Shown here: in pieces, positions 41,567 through 52,303 of the stretch
Layout: each line of letters begins with the position of its first letter
How positions within the stretch are numbered: position 1 is the stretch's first letter
Assembly (NCBI GenBank): GCA_052168235.1
Contig: JBQLZK010000017.1
Location: 44,515-108,514, forward strand
From: Thainema sp.
GTDB lineage: Bacteria; Cyanobacteriota; Cyanobacteriia; Phormidesmidales; Phormidesmidaceae
Direction: 5' to 3'
Length of the DNA: 64,000 nt
Position numbers and translations under genes: made by a program
The notes under the pieces: model-generated
What the model was told of the DNA's origin: nothing
Seen by the model: only the letters and a program-made list of their open reading frames with translations
Databases searched by the model: none

Positions 41567-41968
41567 TCACACGGCTTGACAATGGCACACTTGTTTGGCA
41601 CTTGCTGATTCGACTAGCGAAGTCAATACGTCTGTGCTTAGGGGATTGACTAAAAATCCATCTAAGCCTGGATTCTCCTCTCGATGAATCCAACTCGATG
41701 CATCACTATCAGCCACTGATAGGATCGTCGTGTGCGTTAAACCAGATGCCGCGCGAACCTGCTTAATAAAGCTGTTGGGCCAATGAACATGCTCTCCCAT
41801 GAGTAAAACCAAACACGGGTGAACGTGATAGGCGTAGTTCAGGGCCTGTTGCAGTGATGTGGCAACGACAATTGGACAGTTCAACCGTTTGAATGGCAAA
41901 TGCCAGCTAATGGCAAGCCTTAATTCCAAATCAACGATGAGGACTGGATCGGAATGTGGCGTATTCAT
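41567..41968 (-). CDS. Degenerate receiver (CheY-like) domain protein
   Basis: VLIVD..PCLVLL..DGFLVNP pattern lacking the phosphoacceptor Asp and conserved Lys. Confidence 0.6.
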   Translation of the reverse strand: MNTPHSDPVLIVDLELRLAISWHLPFKRLNCPIVVATSLQQALNYAYHVHPCLVLLMGEHVHWPNSFIKQVRAASGLTHTTILSVADSDASSWIHREENPGLDGFLVNPLSTDVLTSLVESASAKQVCHCQAV

Positions 41969-42400
41969 AATGGAACAGCATAATGCAGGGACGAAAGAGC
42001 CAATTGATTTGCTGGCATGTGCCTAGCAAAGTTACACGCATCCGTAATTTAGAATCCGAGTATCCATCATCGTTCTTATTGCATGTTTTGGTGACATCCT
42101 TCAGGCTTTTTTAGCCTTTGTGCATTAAAAGTAGTTATTTATTTTTCGTTTAGATTTTGATGAAGAATATTTACCTTTTTGTGTGGGCTTTTGAAGGAGC
42201 TTGTGAGACTTGTTGAAGTTAGTAGGCAGCGGCATGCCGTAAAACTCTCTTTAAAAATTAATATTTTCAATTGTTAAGTCGCTGCACATAATTGGCTAAA
42301 TTCAAAAGTCTAAACATGTCGGTTTTGGGCGAATTCTGCCCGCGAAAAATAAAGGCTAGGATGCCAAAACAGTTCAAATATCGTTATTTCCGCATTTCTG

Positions 42401-42925
42401 ATGATTTTTCGAAGCATTAACATTCAATCTATTGGCCTTGCTGTTGGAGCCGGACTGGTAGCGCTCGTCTCAGGCTGCACAAATGAGGTCGTTGCCAACT
42501 ATGATGCGATCGCAGAAGTGTCCTACACCTGGCAAGTTAACTACACCGAAGGCTCGGATCGCCCGAATGACGTTCGCCGCGAGCAGTTTGCCTCCACGTC
42601 GCTGATTAATCAAAATGGGGAACTGCCCGTTGGTTCTGTGACTGGCCCAGACGATCAGGGACTCTGGTGGCCAGAGTTGCCGCCACGTCCGACAGTAGAT
42701 GAGATTGAAGCGCGGCAGAGAAGCTCCCAGGAGCGAGCTAGTGCGCCGGAGTTAATCAAAAATGTGGACTACCGCATCACGTTTCAGCAGGATGGTGAAA
42801 CGGTAACACTGCCGACCGAATATTCGGTTTATCGAGCAGCGGTGAAGGCGTATGAGCAGGATGCCGCACTAGAACTGACCGTGATTGATAATGTGCGGGT
42901 GGAGAAGGCGGAGGTTGTGGAGTAG
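42401..42925 (+). CDS. Hypothetical lipoprotein
   Basis: Lipobox VSGC; GLWWPELPPRPTVDEIEAR. Confidence 0.75.
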   Translation: MIFRSINIQSIGLAVGAGLVALVSGCTNEVVANYDAIAEVSYTWQVNYTEGSDRPNDVRREQFASTSLINQNGELPVGSVTGPDDQGLWWPELPPRPTVDEIEARQRSSQERASAPELIKNVDYRITFQQDGETVTLPTEYSVYRAAVKAYEQDAALELTVIDNVRVEKAEVVE

Positions 42926-42952
42926 CACTGTGCGACTACTGATTTGTCCAGC

Positions 42953-43822
42953 TTATTGTCGCCAGATGGCGTCGGCGACTTTGCAGACATCGGCCATTTC
43001 GGCAACATCGTGAACTCGTAGGATATCGGCTGAGTTTGCGATCGCAGCGCAGCAGGTGGCAGCGGTGCCCCAAATGCGCCGTTGGGGGTCAGGTTGGTTG
43101 ATAATTTTGCCGATGAAACTTTTACGAGAAGTCCCCACCAGCAACGGATAGCCCAGTGCCCGTAGTTCCGGCAGGTGGCGCAGCAGCTTAATGTTCTGCT
43201 CGGCGGTTTTGGCAAAGCCGATGCCTGGATCGAGGGCAATGTATTCCGGTTTGATGTCCGCTGCGATCGCAGTTTCCACCTGCTGCTGGATTGCAGCGGC
43301 AATGTCTCCGACCAGATCGGTATAATCGGTCATCTGCTGCATGGTCTGGGGTGTGCCGCGCATGTGCATCAGGATGATCGGCACGTTGAGCGCAGCGGCG
43401 ACTGAAAGAATTTCCGGTTCAAACATGCCGCCGGAAATGTCGTTGATGATATCTGCTCCGGCTGCGATCGCGCATTTGGCGACTTCGGCCCGAGTCGTAT
43501 CAACTGAAATGGGGACGGTTGTCATCCAGTCCATCTGGCGCAGGGTTTGGATAATAGGAATCACCCGCTCGATTTCCGCCTCTAGCGTAATCTGCTCGGC
43601 TCCAGGACGAGTTGACTGGCCGCCGATGTCCAAAATATCAGCTCCCGCTTCTGCCATCCGCTGGGCTTGTTCTAGCGCCGAATTGAGAGTATTGAACTGC
43701 CCTCCGTCGCTGAAGCTGTCGGGCGTGACGTTGAGAATGCCCATCAGATAGGTGCGCTGACCCCATTCAAATGTGCGATCGCGCAATTGCCAAGCCGACG
43801 ACTTCAATTTCACGTTCTTCAT
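42953..43822 (-). CDS. folP: Dihydropteroate synthase
   Basis: MGILNVTPDSFSDGG, STRPGA, DPGIGFAK, SRKSF, RVHDV; GGAGG RBS before ATG 43822. Confidence 0.96.
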   Translation of the reverse strand: MKNVKLKSSAWQLRDRTFEWGQRTYLMGILNVTPDSFSDGGQFNTLNSALEQAQRMAEAGADILDIGGQSTRPGAEQITLEAEIERVIPIIQTLRQMDWMTTVPISVDTTRAEVAKCAIAAGADIINDISGGMFEPEILSVAAALNVPIILMHMRGTPQTMQQMTDYTDLVGDIAAAIQQQVETAIAADIKPEYIALDPGIGFAKTAEQNIKLLRHLPELRALGYPLLVGTSRKSFIGKIINQPDPQRRIWGTAATCCAAIANSADILRVHDVAEMADVCKVADAIWRQ

Positions 43823-43837
43823 TCCTCCCGCAGTCAA

Positions 43838-43858
43838 GGTGGGCACTGCCCACCCTAC
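43838..43858. repeat. REP-like palindrome
   Basis: Minus strand GTAG-GGTGGGCA-G-TGCCCACC. Confidence 0.65.
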
Positions 43859-43873
43859 GCATTGATTCATCTC

Positions 43874-44326
43874 CTAACTATCAACATCTGCAAACGTATC
43901 TTGCGCTGTTCTAGGAACCGGCCAGTCTTCGTTTTCGCCGCCGATGATGATCCGTTGGATATCCACATAGTCTTTGCTGAACTGGTGGAATACATTGATT
44001 AACACATCCAGTGAGATCGCATCTGTGGTGCCTAAGTCAAACCAGCAGCGGGCCCAATTGCCCTCGTATTCGATATCGCCCATGTTGTGCATCAGCGCCA
44101 TGAAGCTGTCGTCGGCTTGATCGGAGTTGTAGTCCATGTAGCTGATTTCTAGACCCGTCTCCTGCACCTGCAGATTTTCGGCGTTGAACCCACCTAGCTT
44201 GCCGAGAAAGAACCAGGAGTCGAACACTTCTTCGACATACTGGCGCTCCATTATTGACGGTACGGTGGCAAATTCCACCCAAATCCAAAGATTGAAAAAG
44301 TCAGTTTCTCGAAATTCAACACGCAT
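43874..44326 (-). CDS. DUF3531-like conserved cyanobacterial protein
   Basis: FDSWFFLGKLGGFNAENLQ, MHNMGD, WARCWFDLGT. Confidence 0.8.
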   Translation of the reverse strand: MRVEFRETDFFNLWIWVEFATVPSIMERQYVEEVFDSWFFLGKLGGFNAENLQVQETGLEISYMDYNSDQADDSFMALMHNMGDIEYEGNWARCWFDLGTTDAISLDVLINVFHQFSKDYVDIQRIIIGGENEDWPVPRTAQDTFADVDS

Positions 44327-44411
44327 GGACTGCTTGCACTATCTAACAGGGCAGAACTGACTCTAGCACTCAATCCGGCTGGGCATCAATCTCCACAGCT
44401 AGAAACTGGAT

Positions 44412-45419
44412 TTAACCGAGCAGACAAGCAGCGGGAAAAATTAAATATTCAATAAAAAATAGCTTCCAGATGAACTGATAAAACTGGGGATAGGTAAGAG
44501 GCTGCGATGACAGCTTTGGGATAGCCTTCACTCTGCGATTTTGCCAGTTAACGCGCCAGCTATAAATCCAGCAGAGTGCAAGGGCAATAGCGTGACTGAC
44601 GATCAGCAGCGGTGCATTCACGTTGGGCAACAGGATACCCGCCAGAATCATGCCCAAATAGCAAATTGTCAAAATCCAGCGCGCCAGGTTGAATACGGCC
44701 TCTTGGCCCATCTGTACGGTAAACGTTTGGATATTGAACCGCCGATCGCCTTCGATGTCAGGTATGTCTTTGAAAATTGCGATCGCAATACTAAACACCA
44801 CCACAAAAGCCGTCAGCACCCAAACCGCAGCAGGAATAGTGAGCTGGCTAAGGTCATTCCAGGCTGCACCGAGAAATCGCTGCTGATAGTGCAGATACAG
44901 CCCCAAATTGACGATGCCACCCCGCACCGACAGAATACAGACCGAGGCCCAGAAGGCGAATCGCTTCAGCCGAATTGGAGGTAGGGAATACGCTGTACCG
45001 ATCAGCAAACTAGAGCCAACGGTCGCCAATAAAAAAATGCCCTGACTGAGGGCAATCAGCAGGGCTAGCGTACCAGTGATACTGATAATTGCGATCGCAG
45101 TGCGACGAGAAAACTGACCCGAGGCGACGGGCAAATGAGGTTTGTTGATCCGATCAATCTCAACATCGGCAATCTGGTTTAGCCCAACGATATAAATGTT
45201 GCCGCAGATGCAGGCGAGCCAAGCGGAAAGGAAAAGTGTGATCGCGCTACCGATAGGAGGAATGCCGACAAAACTCCAGGCAATTAGCCACAGACCCATC
45301 GCACTGAGGCTGGTACCAATAATCGTATGGGGGCGAGAAAATCGCCACAGGGCACGGAACCATAATTTTGGCTGGCGCAGGATAGAAATTGGGGCACTCG
45401 ATTGGGAAGTCACAGACAC
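44412..45419 (-). CDS. hpt: Homogentisate phytyltransferase (UbiA family)
   Basis: FSRPHTIIGT, GLNQIADVEIDRINKPHLP, FKDIPDIEGD, FYQFIWKLF. Confidence 0.93.
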   Translation of the reverse strand: MSVTSQSSAPISILRQPKLWFRALWRFSRPHTIIGTSLSAMGLWLIAWSFVGIPPIGSAITLFLSAWLACICGNIYIVGLNQIADVEIDRINKPHLPVASGQFSRRTAIAIISITGTLALLIALSQGIFLLATVGSSLLIGTAYSLPPIRLKRFAFWASVCILSVRGGIVNLGLYLHYQQRFLGAAWNDLSQLTIPAAVWVLTAFVVVFSIAIAIFKDIPDIEGDRRFNIQTFTVQMGQEAVFNLARWILTICYLGMILAGILLPNVNAPLLIVSHAIALALCWIYSWRVNWQNRRVKAIPKLSSQPLTYPQFYQFIWKLFFIEYLIFPAACLLG

Positions 45420-45433
45420 GTTGAAAAATTTTA

Positions 45434-45541
<108 letters not shown>

Positions 45542-46414
45542 TCATTCCGCTTTTGTAGCAGCTAACACTCCGTAGCGCACCAGGCCAGTCTGATAGCCGC
45601 GACTCATTAAACCCAGCGCCAATGCGCCGCGAATCGTGGGCCATCCTGCTTTCAGCAGTCCAACTAATGCCTGCGGTTCAAACGCCGATTCAATGACATG
45701 CGTCCAGAACGGCGCAACGGCAGTTGACCAGTCCGACACCCGAATATTTTGAAAGCCGATTTCCTCTGCGATCGCATGATATTCCGGCAGCGAAATTACG
45801 TAGGGCAAGCAGTAAACATCATAAATTTCTTCTAAATGCTCCTGCTCGTCAGGCGTTAGTGCGCCGCCCTCTACTGCATCGGTGGGACGGTGACACCAGG
45901 TCGCCATTAAAAAAGTGCCGCCCGGTTGCAAAACGCGGTAGCACTCCCGTAAAAACTGCACCTTATCCGGCATGTGTTCGCCGCTTTCCATTGACCAGAC
46001 GAAATCAAAGGAATTTTGATCAAACGGCATATCCAGCGCATCGGCAACCTGAAAAAACGCCTGTGGCGTTCGCTTAGCATCGGCCAGATTAGCAGCCTGC
46101 GATCTCTCAGTGGCTCGGTTAGCCTGAAACGGACTGAGCGTAATTCCCACCGCATCCGCCTGAAATTTTTCGGCCAGATACAGCGAACTGCCGCCAATGC
46201 CGCAGCCTACATCGAGGATCTGCTTGGCATCGGTTACACTGCCCCATTTCAGCAGTTGCTCAATCAAATCAATTTGCGCTTGGCGGCGATCCTTTTTCAG
46301 ATTGCCGGCAACGCCGTAATAACCGTGATGCATATGCTCCCCCCAAATTTGCTCCCACAAATCGGAGGAGGCATCGTAAAACGCTTGAATATTTTGCCGT
46401 AGTGTCGCAGTCAT
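45542..46414 (-). CDS. vte4: Gamma-tocopherol methyltransferase
   Basis: IWGEHMHHGYY, LDVGCGIGGS, WSMESGEHMPDK, TWCHR; adjacent to hpt. Confidence 0.88.
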   Translation of the reverse strand: MTATLRQNIQAFYDASSDLWEQIWGEHMHHGYYGVAGNLKKDRRQAQIDLIEQLLKWGSVTDAKQILDVGCGIGGSSLYLAEKFQADAVGITLSPFQANRATERSQAANLADAKRTPQAFFQVADALDMPFDQNSFDFVWSMESGEHMPDKVQFLRECYRVLQPGGTFLMATWCHRPTDAVEGGALTPDEQEHLEEIYDVYCLPYVISLPEYHAIAEEIGFQNIRVSDWSTAVAPFWTHVIESAFEPQALVGLLKAGWPTIRGALALGLMSRGYQTGLVRYGVLAATKAE

Positions 46415-46628
46415 GCTAAACCCGTTGCGTCCCTGTGGTGAATGGATGGCATATGCCTTATCTCATCGTGCCGTGCATCCTGGAAATTGCACATGAACTA
46501 ATGCTTTTTACAAAAAGAATTTATTTAGTCAGGATGCTTTATTAAGCTTGCTTTCACTAAACCATAAAAAACAAGTAAATGTCGCTAGGTCATGACCATT
46601 TACGCACAGAGATTACACACAGAAAACC

Positions 46629-46675
46629 CCAAAAGGGAAGGGTGTGCTGCAATGCGGCACACCCTTCCCTTTTGG
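46629..46675. terminator. Long hairpin downstream of the LuxR-type gene
   Basis: CCAAAAGGGAAGGGTGTGCTGC / GCGGCACACCCTTCCCTTTTGG. Confidence 0.6.
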
Positions 46676-46717
46676 AGGCTTAGGCTGATTCAACTTCACG
46701 CCCGGAGTCTGAAAACG

Positions 46718-47362
46718 TCAGAACGATTGAATATCGCGAGCTTTAGCCAAGATATTCTTAACGTGGCGCTTCACAGTGTTTTGGGTAATGTAGAGCTGTT
46801 TGGCGATGTCTTTGTAAGAATATCCGGCCCGACGTAACGTCCAGACTTCTGTTTCACGCGGGGTGAAGCCATACTTGCGAGCATCTGCGATCGCAAGATT
46901 TTGAATCGACTGAGAGCGATCTTCCAGCGTCACCAGTAGGCAAGCACCTTGTTCAATATCGACCCACTGCACCCGCACGCGGATCGTAGAGCCTTCCTCA
47001 GTTACGATTTCAGATTCGGGGGCAACTTTTTGTTCGGGAAAAATCTGGCGGCTTTCAATCATGGCTTGGCTAACTCGGCGGACGGAAGGGGGCACAGAAT
47101 CGGCATAGCCTGCCTGCTCCTGAAGCCGACGGCAAATCCGGCGAGCCCGGCCATTCATCATTAAAATTTCACCCTGTTCGCTCAGGATAATTAGCCCATC
47201 GACGAAGCCTTCCAAAATCGCCTGCATTAAAAGTAGCCGATTAGCATGGCCAGATGAAGCTGGCTTTTGTGCAGATTGAACAGGTTGAACAGACGGGTGG
47301 CGACGACTTGTCAGCTGGTCAAATTCGCGGACAGGATTGGGTTTGACTGGCATCGAAATCAT
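46718..47362 (-). CDS. LuxR-type HTH regulator with PAS-like N-terminal region
   Basis: FTPRETEVW..GYSYKDIAKQLYITQNTVKRHVKNILAK; DGLIILSEQGEILMMN. Confidence 0.88.
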   Translation of the reverse strand: MISMPVKPNPVREFDQLTSRRHPSVQPVQSAQKPASSGHANRLLLMQAILEGFVDGLIILSEQGEILMMNGRARRICRRLQEQAGYADSVPPSVRRVSQAMIESRQIFPEQKVAPESEIVTEEGSTIRVRVQWVDIEQGACLLVTLEDRSQSIQNLAIADARKYGFTPRETEVWTLRRAGYSYKDIAKQLYITQNTVKRHVKNILAKARDIQSF

Positions 47363-47487
47363 AATTTTCTCCTTCAGTAGCCCATAGGGGGAATTGGGCG
47401 CTCGTTATTTCTTCACGTTGTTACTCTCATTGTGTTGCCAGCATTTATGAAGACACAATGAGTGGTATGTATCAAACACCAGTGACC

Positions 47488-47542
47488 TGAAGTAAAATGA
47501 AGGGCACTGAAGCATACCGAAGTGAGATGAAGGAGGGTGAAG
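47488..47542. repeat. Six YGAAG pentamers at exact 10-bp period
   Basis: YGAAG at 47488, 47498, 47508, 47518, 47528, 47538. Confidence 0.75.
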
Positions 47543-48085
47543 TTTTTAAAGTCGTCTATATATTAAAAAGTGTCTAAAGTGTCTAAAAAGTGGCTACCAG
47601 AAAGCCAATTCGGTAACGCAGGCTAATTTCGAAGGCGTGTATTACCTGTGTTAATCAACAGCTTGTACGAAAGGGATGCATCCAGACCACGCAAAAACAT
47701 TGTCATGGGTAACAGTCAAAAGCCTCTATTGGCCTTAGATTCAAGAAACTCAAGGTAGCACTACAGGCCAAGCTAAGCCTGTAATTTTAACCTCATCAAT
47801 TTCAACCTGACTAATTTCAACTTGACTTAAACCTGGCATGGCTGCTGAGTTAAGCGCTGAACTTGAATACAAGTCAGTCTATGCGTCAATGCAGCACACC
47901 CAATCAGGTCAACCCGACGCTACTGAAGCTCAATACGTATGACTGATAGCGTATGGCAAATAAATAGGGTTGATAGTGTTTGCTCTATACCCATGATTTA
48001 TTCTTGCAGGTCTGCTTACTGAAAACATCACCCACCCAGGGTGAATTGTTGTCCGGCACAGTTCATCACCTTATTTATCGGGTTT

Positions 48086-49147
48086 ATGTCTCTCAATACC
48101 TTGACTGATCTATCTCCCAATCAAGTCGATCACTATTTCCCCCGCGCTACTCAGCGGCAACATGTGGTCAAACTGTCTCGCCGGGTAGGCTTCACGCGGC
48201 GCAGAGCGGAATGTTTTGTGCGGCTGATTGCCTACCTGATGCTGAAATCACTTGATGAACAGGGGCAAGCCCTACCTGATTCCATCACAGAACTGACGGC
48301 ACCAAATGACTATGTTTCTTGTACGTTGCGAGAAGCATTTGAACTGTTCTATGGGGATAGCGATCGCGGCAGTGAACGGTCAGCCGGAATGATGCTGGAT
48401 GAACTGGTGAAGCTGGGCGTTATCGACAAGCAGTTTGATGGGAACACACTCTGCATTAAGATCCGCTCTTTACCGCAGTCATTTGAATCGGCGGATGAGT
48501 CGGCTGCAGCCAATGAACCACTCCGATTTGCACCGGATGACTTTAATCCCAATACCGATGCAGTGTTAGTATCGCGATTTTTGGCTACCAACTACAACTG
48601 GATGAATGCCAGTGCAAAAGCTGTCCCAGCTAAGATTGCCCGCCTGTTGCGCAAATGGTCACGGGAATATGCTAAGGGCATTCGGGTGTTGCGGCGAATG
48701 GATAATCAACAGCCCGTGGGCTGCTACATTCTGTTTCCGGTTGCGGCTGAATCAGAAGACAATTTCTGTCTGCCGCCGAGCCGGGGGTTACACCTCAGCA
48801 CAAATGCCGTGGATGACCCCTTTCAAATGGCGCAGCCGGGAGATCTGACCTGTACGGCACTGCTAGTTCGCAGCATCATGATTGACCGTCCCTATATGCA
48901 GCCCGAGGCGCTGCGAATCATTTTGGAAGACGGCAAGCAATGCATGCTGTCCATCCGAGAGGATTTCCCTAATGTCTGCGACCTCTACGGTTTGACGATT
49001 CATCCTATGTATGAGGAACTCGCGCGCGTCACGGGCTTCCAGAAAATCGACACTGACCCCCACCTATCGATCCACTGGATTTATCAAGCTCTCGATCATT
49101 ATTTGCAGCTTGATGTGGCTCAAGCCGTTACCCAGTTGAAGCTGTGA
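48086..49147 (+). CDS. Hypothetical protein (possible winged-helix N-terminus, GNAT-like C-terminus)
   Basis: Long ORF with typical host composition; SERSAGMMLDELVKLGVIDK; fold assignment is inference. Confidence 0.7.
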   Translation: MSLNTLTDLSPNQVDHYFPRATQRQHVVKLSRRVGFTRRRAECFVRLIAYLMLKSLDEQGQALPDSITELTAPNDYVSCTLREAFELFYGDSDRGSERSAGMMLDELVKLGVIDKQFDGNTLCIKIRSLPQSFESADESAAANEPLRFAPDDFNPNTDAVLVSRFLATNYNWMNASAKAVPAKIARLLRKWSREYAKGIRVLRRMDNQQPVGCYILFPVAAESEDNFCLPPSRGLHLSTNAVDDPFQMAQPGDLTCTALLVRSIMIDRPYMQPEALRIILEDGKQCMLSIREDFPNVCDLYGLTIHPMYEELARVTGFQKIDTDPHLSIHWIYQALDHYLQLDVAQAVTQLKL

Positions 49148-49304
49148 TCTTAACTGGAATCACCATAAATGATGGGTCTTCGACCGGATTTGACATAAGG
49201 AACAGCAAGTGACCCAACAATTGGGGATAGAAATCTCGCCAGGCGGGGTTTCTATCCCCAGTTATTCTCTGGCTTTGAGCCCATTCGTGCTAGATATAGC
49301 CTGC

Positions 49305-49985
49305 CTAAATGGGCAATAGCCGTTCGATATCGAGATTAGAGGCAACTTGGGCTAGTTTGCTTAAATCAGTGGGGTCACTGAGGTGAGGAATACAGCCCAG
49401 CACAGGAACTTGGGTCAGTTTTTGGATGAGATTTTTCGGTGCCCACTGATCAATTTCAGCTTGCGATCGCACTTCCGTACAATTTAAGACCAGTCCCCGC
49501 AGATGAATGCGAGATTGGCGAGCGAGAGCAACATTGGCAACCGCTTGGGAAATACACCCTAGACGCACGGGTACAACCAGAACAACCGGAATCCGCCAGT
49601 CCCAGGCCCAGTCCGCAACAGTGGTTTCGCGCGTAACTGGAGAGCCAAGACCACCAAGTGACTCAACTAGGACAAAATCACGCTCCCGCTGAAGAGCTTC
49701 AAACGTTCGCCAGACCTTTTCGAGATCCACAGATTTACCTGCTTTTTCGGCAGCGAGAGGTGGAGCCAGTGGTGCGTCAAAGGCCACGGGAGTAATTTGC
49801 TCAGAGGTCTGCGCCAAATCAAACAGATCGAGATACAGTTCGCGATCGCCCAATCCAGACTGGATCGGTTTCATCAGTCCCAGAGATCGATCGGTGCAGT
49901 AGGTTTGCCAGTAGGCGACCAGGGCCGAGGTCAATACAGTTTTGCCCACTTCGGTATCGGTACCTGCAATCAAAAGTGCCTTCAC
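49305..49985 (-). CDS. bioD: Dethiobiotin synthase
   Basis: IAGTDTEVGKT, KPIQSG, LVESLGG, RLGCIS. Confidence 0.93.
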   Translation of the reverse strand: MKALLIAGTDTEVGKTVLTSALVAYWQTYCTDRSLGLMKPIQSGLGDRELYLDLFDLAQTSEQITPVAFDAPLAPPLAAEKAGKSVDLEKVWRTFEALQRERDFVLVESLGGLGSPVTRETTVADWAWDWRIPVVLVVPVRLGCISQAVANVALARQSRIHLRGLVLNCTEVRSQAEIDQWAPKNLIQKLTQVPVLGCIPHLSDPTDLSKLAQVASNLDIERLLPI

Positions 49986-49989
49986 GCTG

Positions 49990-51894
49990 CTACTCCACAC
50001 TGCCGTTAATCACGCTTATTTCTAATGTATAGTTCGCTGGCCCTTCTGAGAAAACATCGATCTGATAATCACCGCTGCGCGTCAGTTCTGACTGCCAGAA
50101 AATGATGCGGCGGGCGTTTTCCACGGGGTTACCATTGGGATAGCGCACGGTGAAAGAAGCGGCACCTTCTAGAATTTCGGCACTCATAATCTGTCCGGCC
50201 TGAGCATTGACTAAATACCGCTGAATGATGCCAGTATCCGTGCGACCAAAAACGGTCGTGCCCGTGCTGTCCTCTGGAAACTGCACCCGTTCTTCGATGA
50301 TTTCAGGCTCAATGGGAGTCGGTTCAGGAGTAGGCGTTTCCGTCGGAGTAGGACTAGGCTCCGGTGCGGCTTCTACGGTCAGCTCCAGGCGATAGTCGCT
50401 TTCGGCTAGGCCCTGCACTGGACGGAGCTGGACGGTGTATTGACCGCTAAAGTTGAGCGGCCCTTGCCAGCGCAGCACTCGCTCTGCGTCGCTGCTCACC
50501 ACTTCGCCGTTCGGTGCAATCAGGGTCAGCAGCACTCCTTCACCCCGCAGTTGGGCATTGAGCGACTGATCCTGCTCGGCCTCAAAGCGATAGTTAATGG
50601 TTTCATTCGCCTGTAGCGTGCCGTCAAATTCGCGGGTCACGCCGGGCTGGAGCTCAATCCGCTGGCTATACTCCACTGGCTCTGTCTCGGTGGGCGTTGG
50701 AGATGGCGTTTCGGTCGGGGTTTCAGTCACCGTTTCCGTTGGTGTTGGGCTGGCTGTATCCGATGAGTTTAGCGATCGCACAATGGCCCATGAGCCAAAT
50801 CCGGCTGCGATCGCAAGTAGAATTCCCACCAGCGCAATCACCCAAGGATTATCCCACATGCTTTCTTCGGCAGAATAGGCGGGTTGCGTAGCAGAGGGTG
50901 GACGTTGTGGATGATTAGGTCGTGGATTGGGACGCTCATCAGGACGGCGACCTACAGCAACCGTGTTCATCTGGGATACGTTGTCTGGGCGAGGCGCAGG
51001 TGCTGGCGTTGGCTGCGATTGGGGCGCAACCGGATTGGGCATTGCCGTGGGCGGCATGGCGGAACCGTCCTGCAAATCCTGTGCCATTTCCCGCACCGAC
51101 TGGTAGCGATCGCCGGGACGGTAGCTGAGCGCTTTGTTCAATACCTGAGCCAGGTGTGGCCCCACGTTGACCCACTGCTGCCAGCGCCAGGTGCTGTTGT
51201 GGTCGTCATAAAGCTGCTGGGGCTCGCGCCCGGTCAGCAGCACGATAGCGGTAACAGCCAAAGAATAGAGATCGCTACTGGGATAGGCGTTGCCCGTCTG
51301 CATTTGTTCGCTGGGCGCATAGCCAAATTTGCCAACGGTGGTGGCCTGCACTTCGGTATCCAGCTGGAGGCGGGTGACGACTTCTTTCACGACGCCAAAG
51401 TCAATCAGCACAGGCTGCTGATCCATCTGTCGCAGAATGATGTTGTCCGGCGTAATGTCGCGATGAATAATATTTTTGCTGTGGATGTGAGCCAGCAGGG
51501 GCAGCATTTGCTGCAAGAACTGATAAATCTCGGCTTCGGAGAACGCTGTCCCCTGACCAATCCGCTCGTTCAGCAGGGCGCGGTAGGTTTTGCCTTCCAC
51601 GTAGTCCTGCACGAGGAATAGCCGTCCATCCTGCTCGAAGGTGGCGCGAAACTGGGGAATCTGGGGATGCTGGATCTGATAAAGAATCGCAGCTTCTCGC
51701 TGAAAGAGTTCTTTGGCCTTGTCAGAAAAGTCGGCATCGGACTGGGAGGGCACAAATTCCTTAATCGCACAGCGCTCCTGGAAACGACCTAGATCTTCAG
51801 CCAGATAGGTGCGACCAAAGCCACCCTGACCCAGGATGCTCAGGATGCGATAGCGATTTTGCAAGACTGTGCCAACTGCCAGCGAAGAAATCAT
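49990..51894 (-). CDS. Hanks-type Ser/Thr kinase with TM helix and C-terminal PPC-like domains
   Basis: LGQGGFG, AIKE, IHRDITPDN, IDFG, YAPSEQ; TM WVIALVGILLAIAAG; P/T linkers. Confidence 0.95.
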   Translation of the reverse strand: MISSLAVGTVLQNRYRILSILGQGGFGRTYLAEDLGRFQERCAIKEFVPSQSDADFSDKAKELFQREAAILYQIQHPQIPQFRATFEQDGRLFLVQDYVEGKTYRALLNERIGQGTAFSEAEIYQFLQQMLPLLAHIHSKNIIHRDITPDNIILRQMDQQPVLIDFGVVKEVVTRLQLDTEVQATTVGKFGYAPSEQMQTGNAYPSSDLYSLAVTAIVLLTGREPQQLYDDHNSTWRWQQWVNVGPHLAQVLNKALSYRPGDRYQSVREMAQDLQDGSAMPPTAMPNPVAPQSQPTPAPAPRPDNVSQMNTVAVGRRPDERPNPRPNHPQRPPSATQPAYSAEESMWDNPWVIALVGILLAIAAGFGSWAIVRSLNSSDTASPTPTETVTETPTETPSPTPTETEPVEYSQRIELQPGVTREFDGTLQANETINYRFEAEQDQSLNAQLRGEGVLLTLIAPNGEVVSSDAERVLRWQGPLNFSGQYTVQLRPVQGLAESDYRLELTVEAAPEPSPTPTETPTPEPTPIEPEIIEERVQFPEDSTGTTVFGRTDTGIIQRYLVNAQAGQIMSAEILEGAASFTVRYPNGNPVENARRIIFWQSELTRSGDYQIDVFSEGPANYTLEISVINGSVE

Positions 51895-52044
51895 GACTCC
51901 CCACTTTTCCTCTTAAACCGTATCCAGCATACTACTGCGGATTGAAAATCGGCGGGGATGCTGTTGGGGTTTGTGAAGTGGATTGAGCGTTATCCTACTT
52001 AGCGTATAGAAAATAGCGGTAGAATTCGCGACGGTTATTCAACT

Positions 52045-52278
52045 TCAATCGGCTTCCTCCTCTGCCAAAAACTGAAGTGCCTCTTCGCGGCTGAGCAGGG
52101 GCGATGTTTTGGCTTCGTCCATCGCTTTATTTAAGCAGTAGTCTTCTAAATCTTCGGCAAGATCTTCGAGTGTTTCATTATCCTGAGGCATCAGTTGCCG
52201 CCAAAGCTCAATGGGAATGACAACGGCCTTGGGATTGCCGTCAGCGTCGGTGAGATAGTTGATAGCAGGGTTGGTCAT
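52045..52278 (-). CDS. Small acidic antitoxin-like protein
   Basis: YLTDADGNPKAVVIPIE..LEDYCLNKAMDEA..LSREEALQFL; GGAGG RBS. Confidence 0.65.
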   Translation of the reverse strand: MTNPAINYLTDADGNPKAVVIPIELWRQLMPQDNETLEDLAEDLEDYCLNKAMDEAKTSPLLSREEALQFLAEEEAD

Positions 52279-52303
52279 GGCCTAGCCTCCTTTATGTTTT
52301 ACT

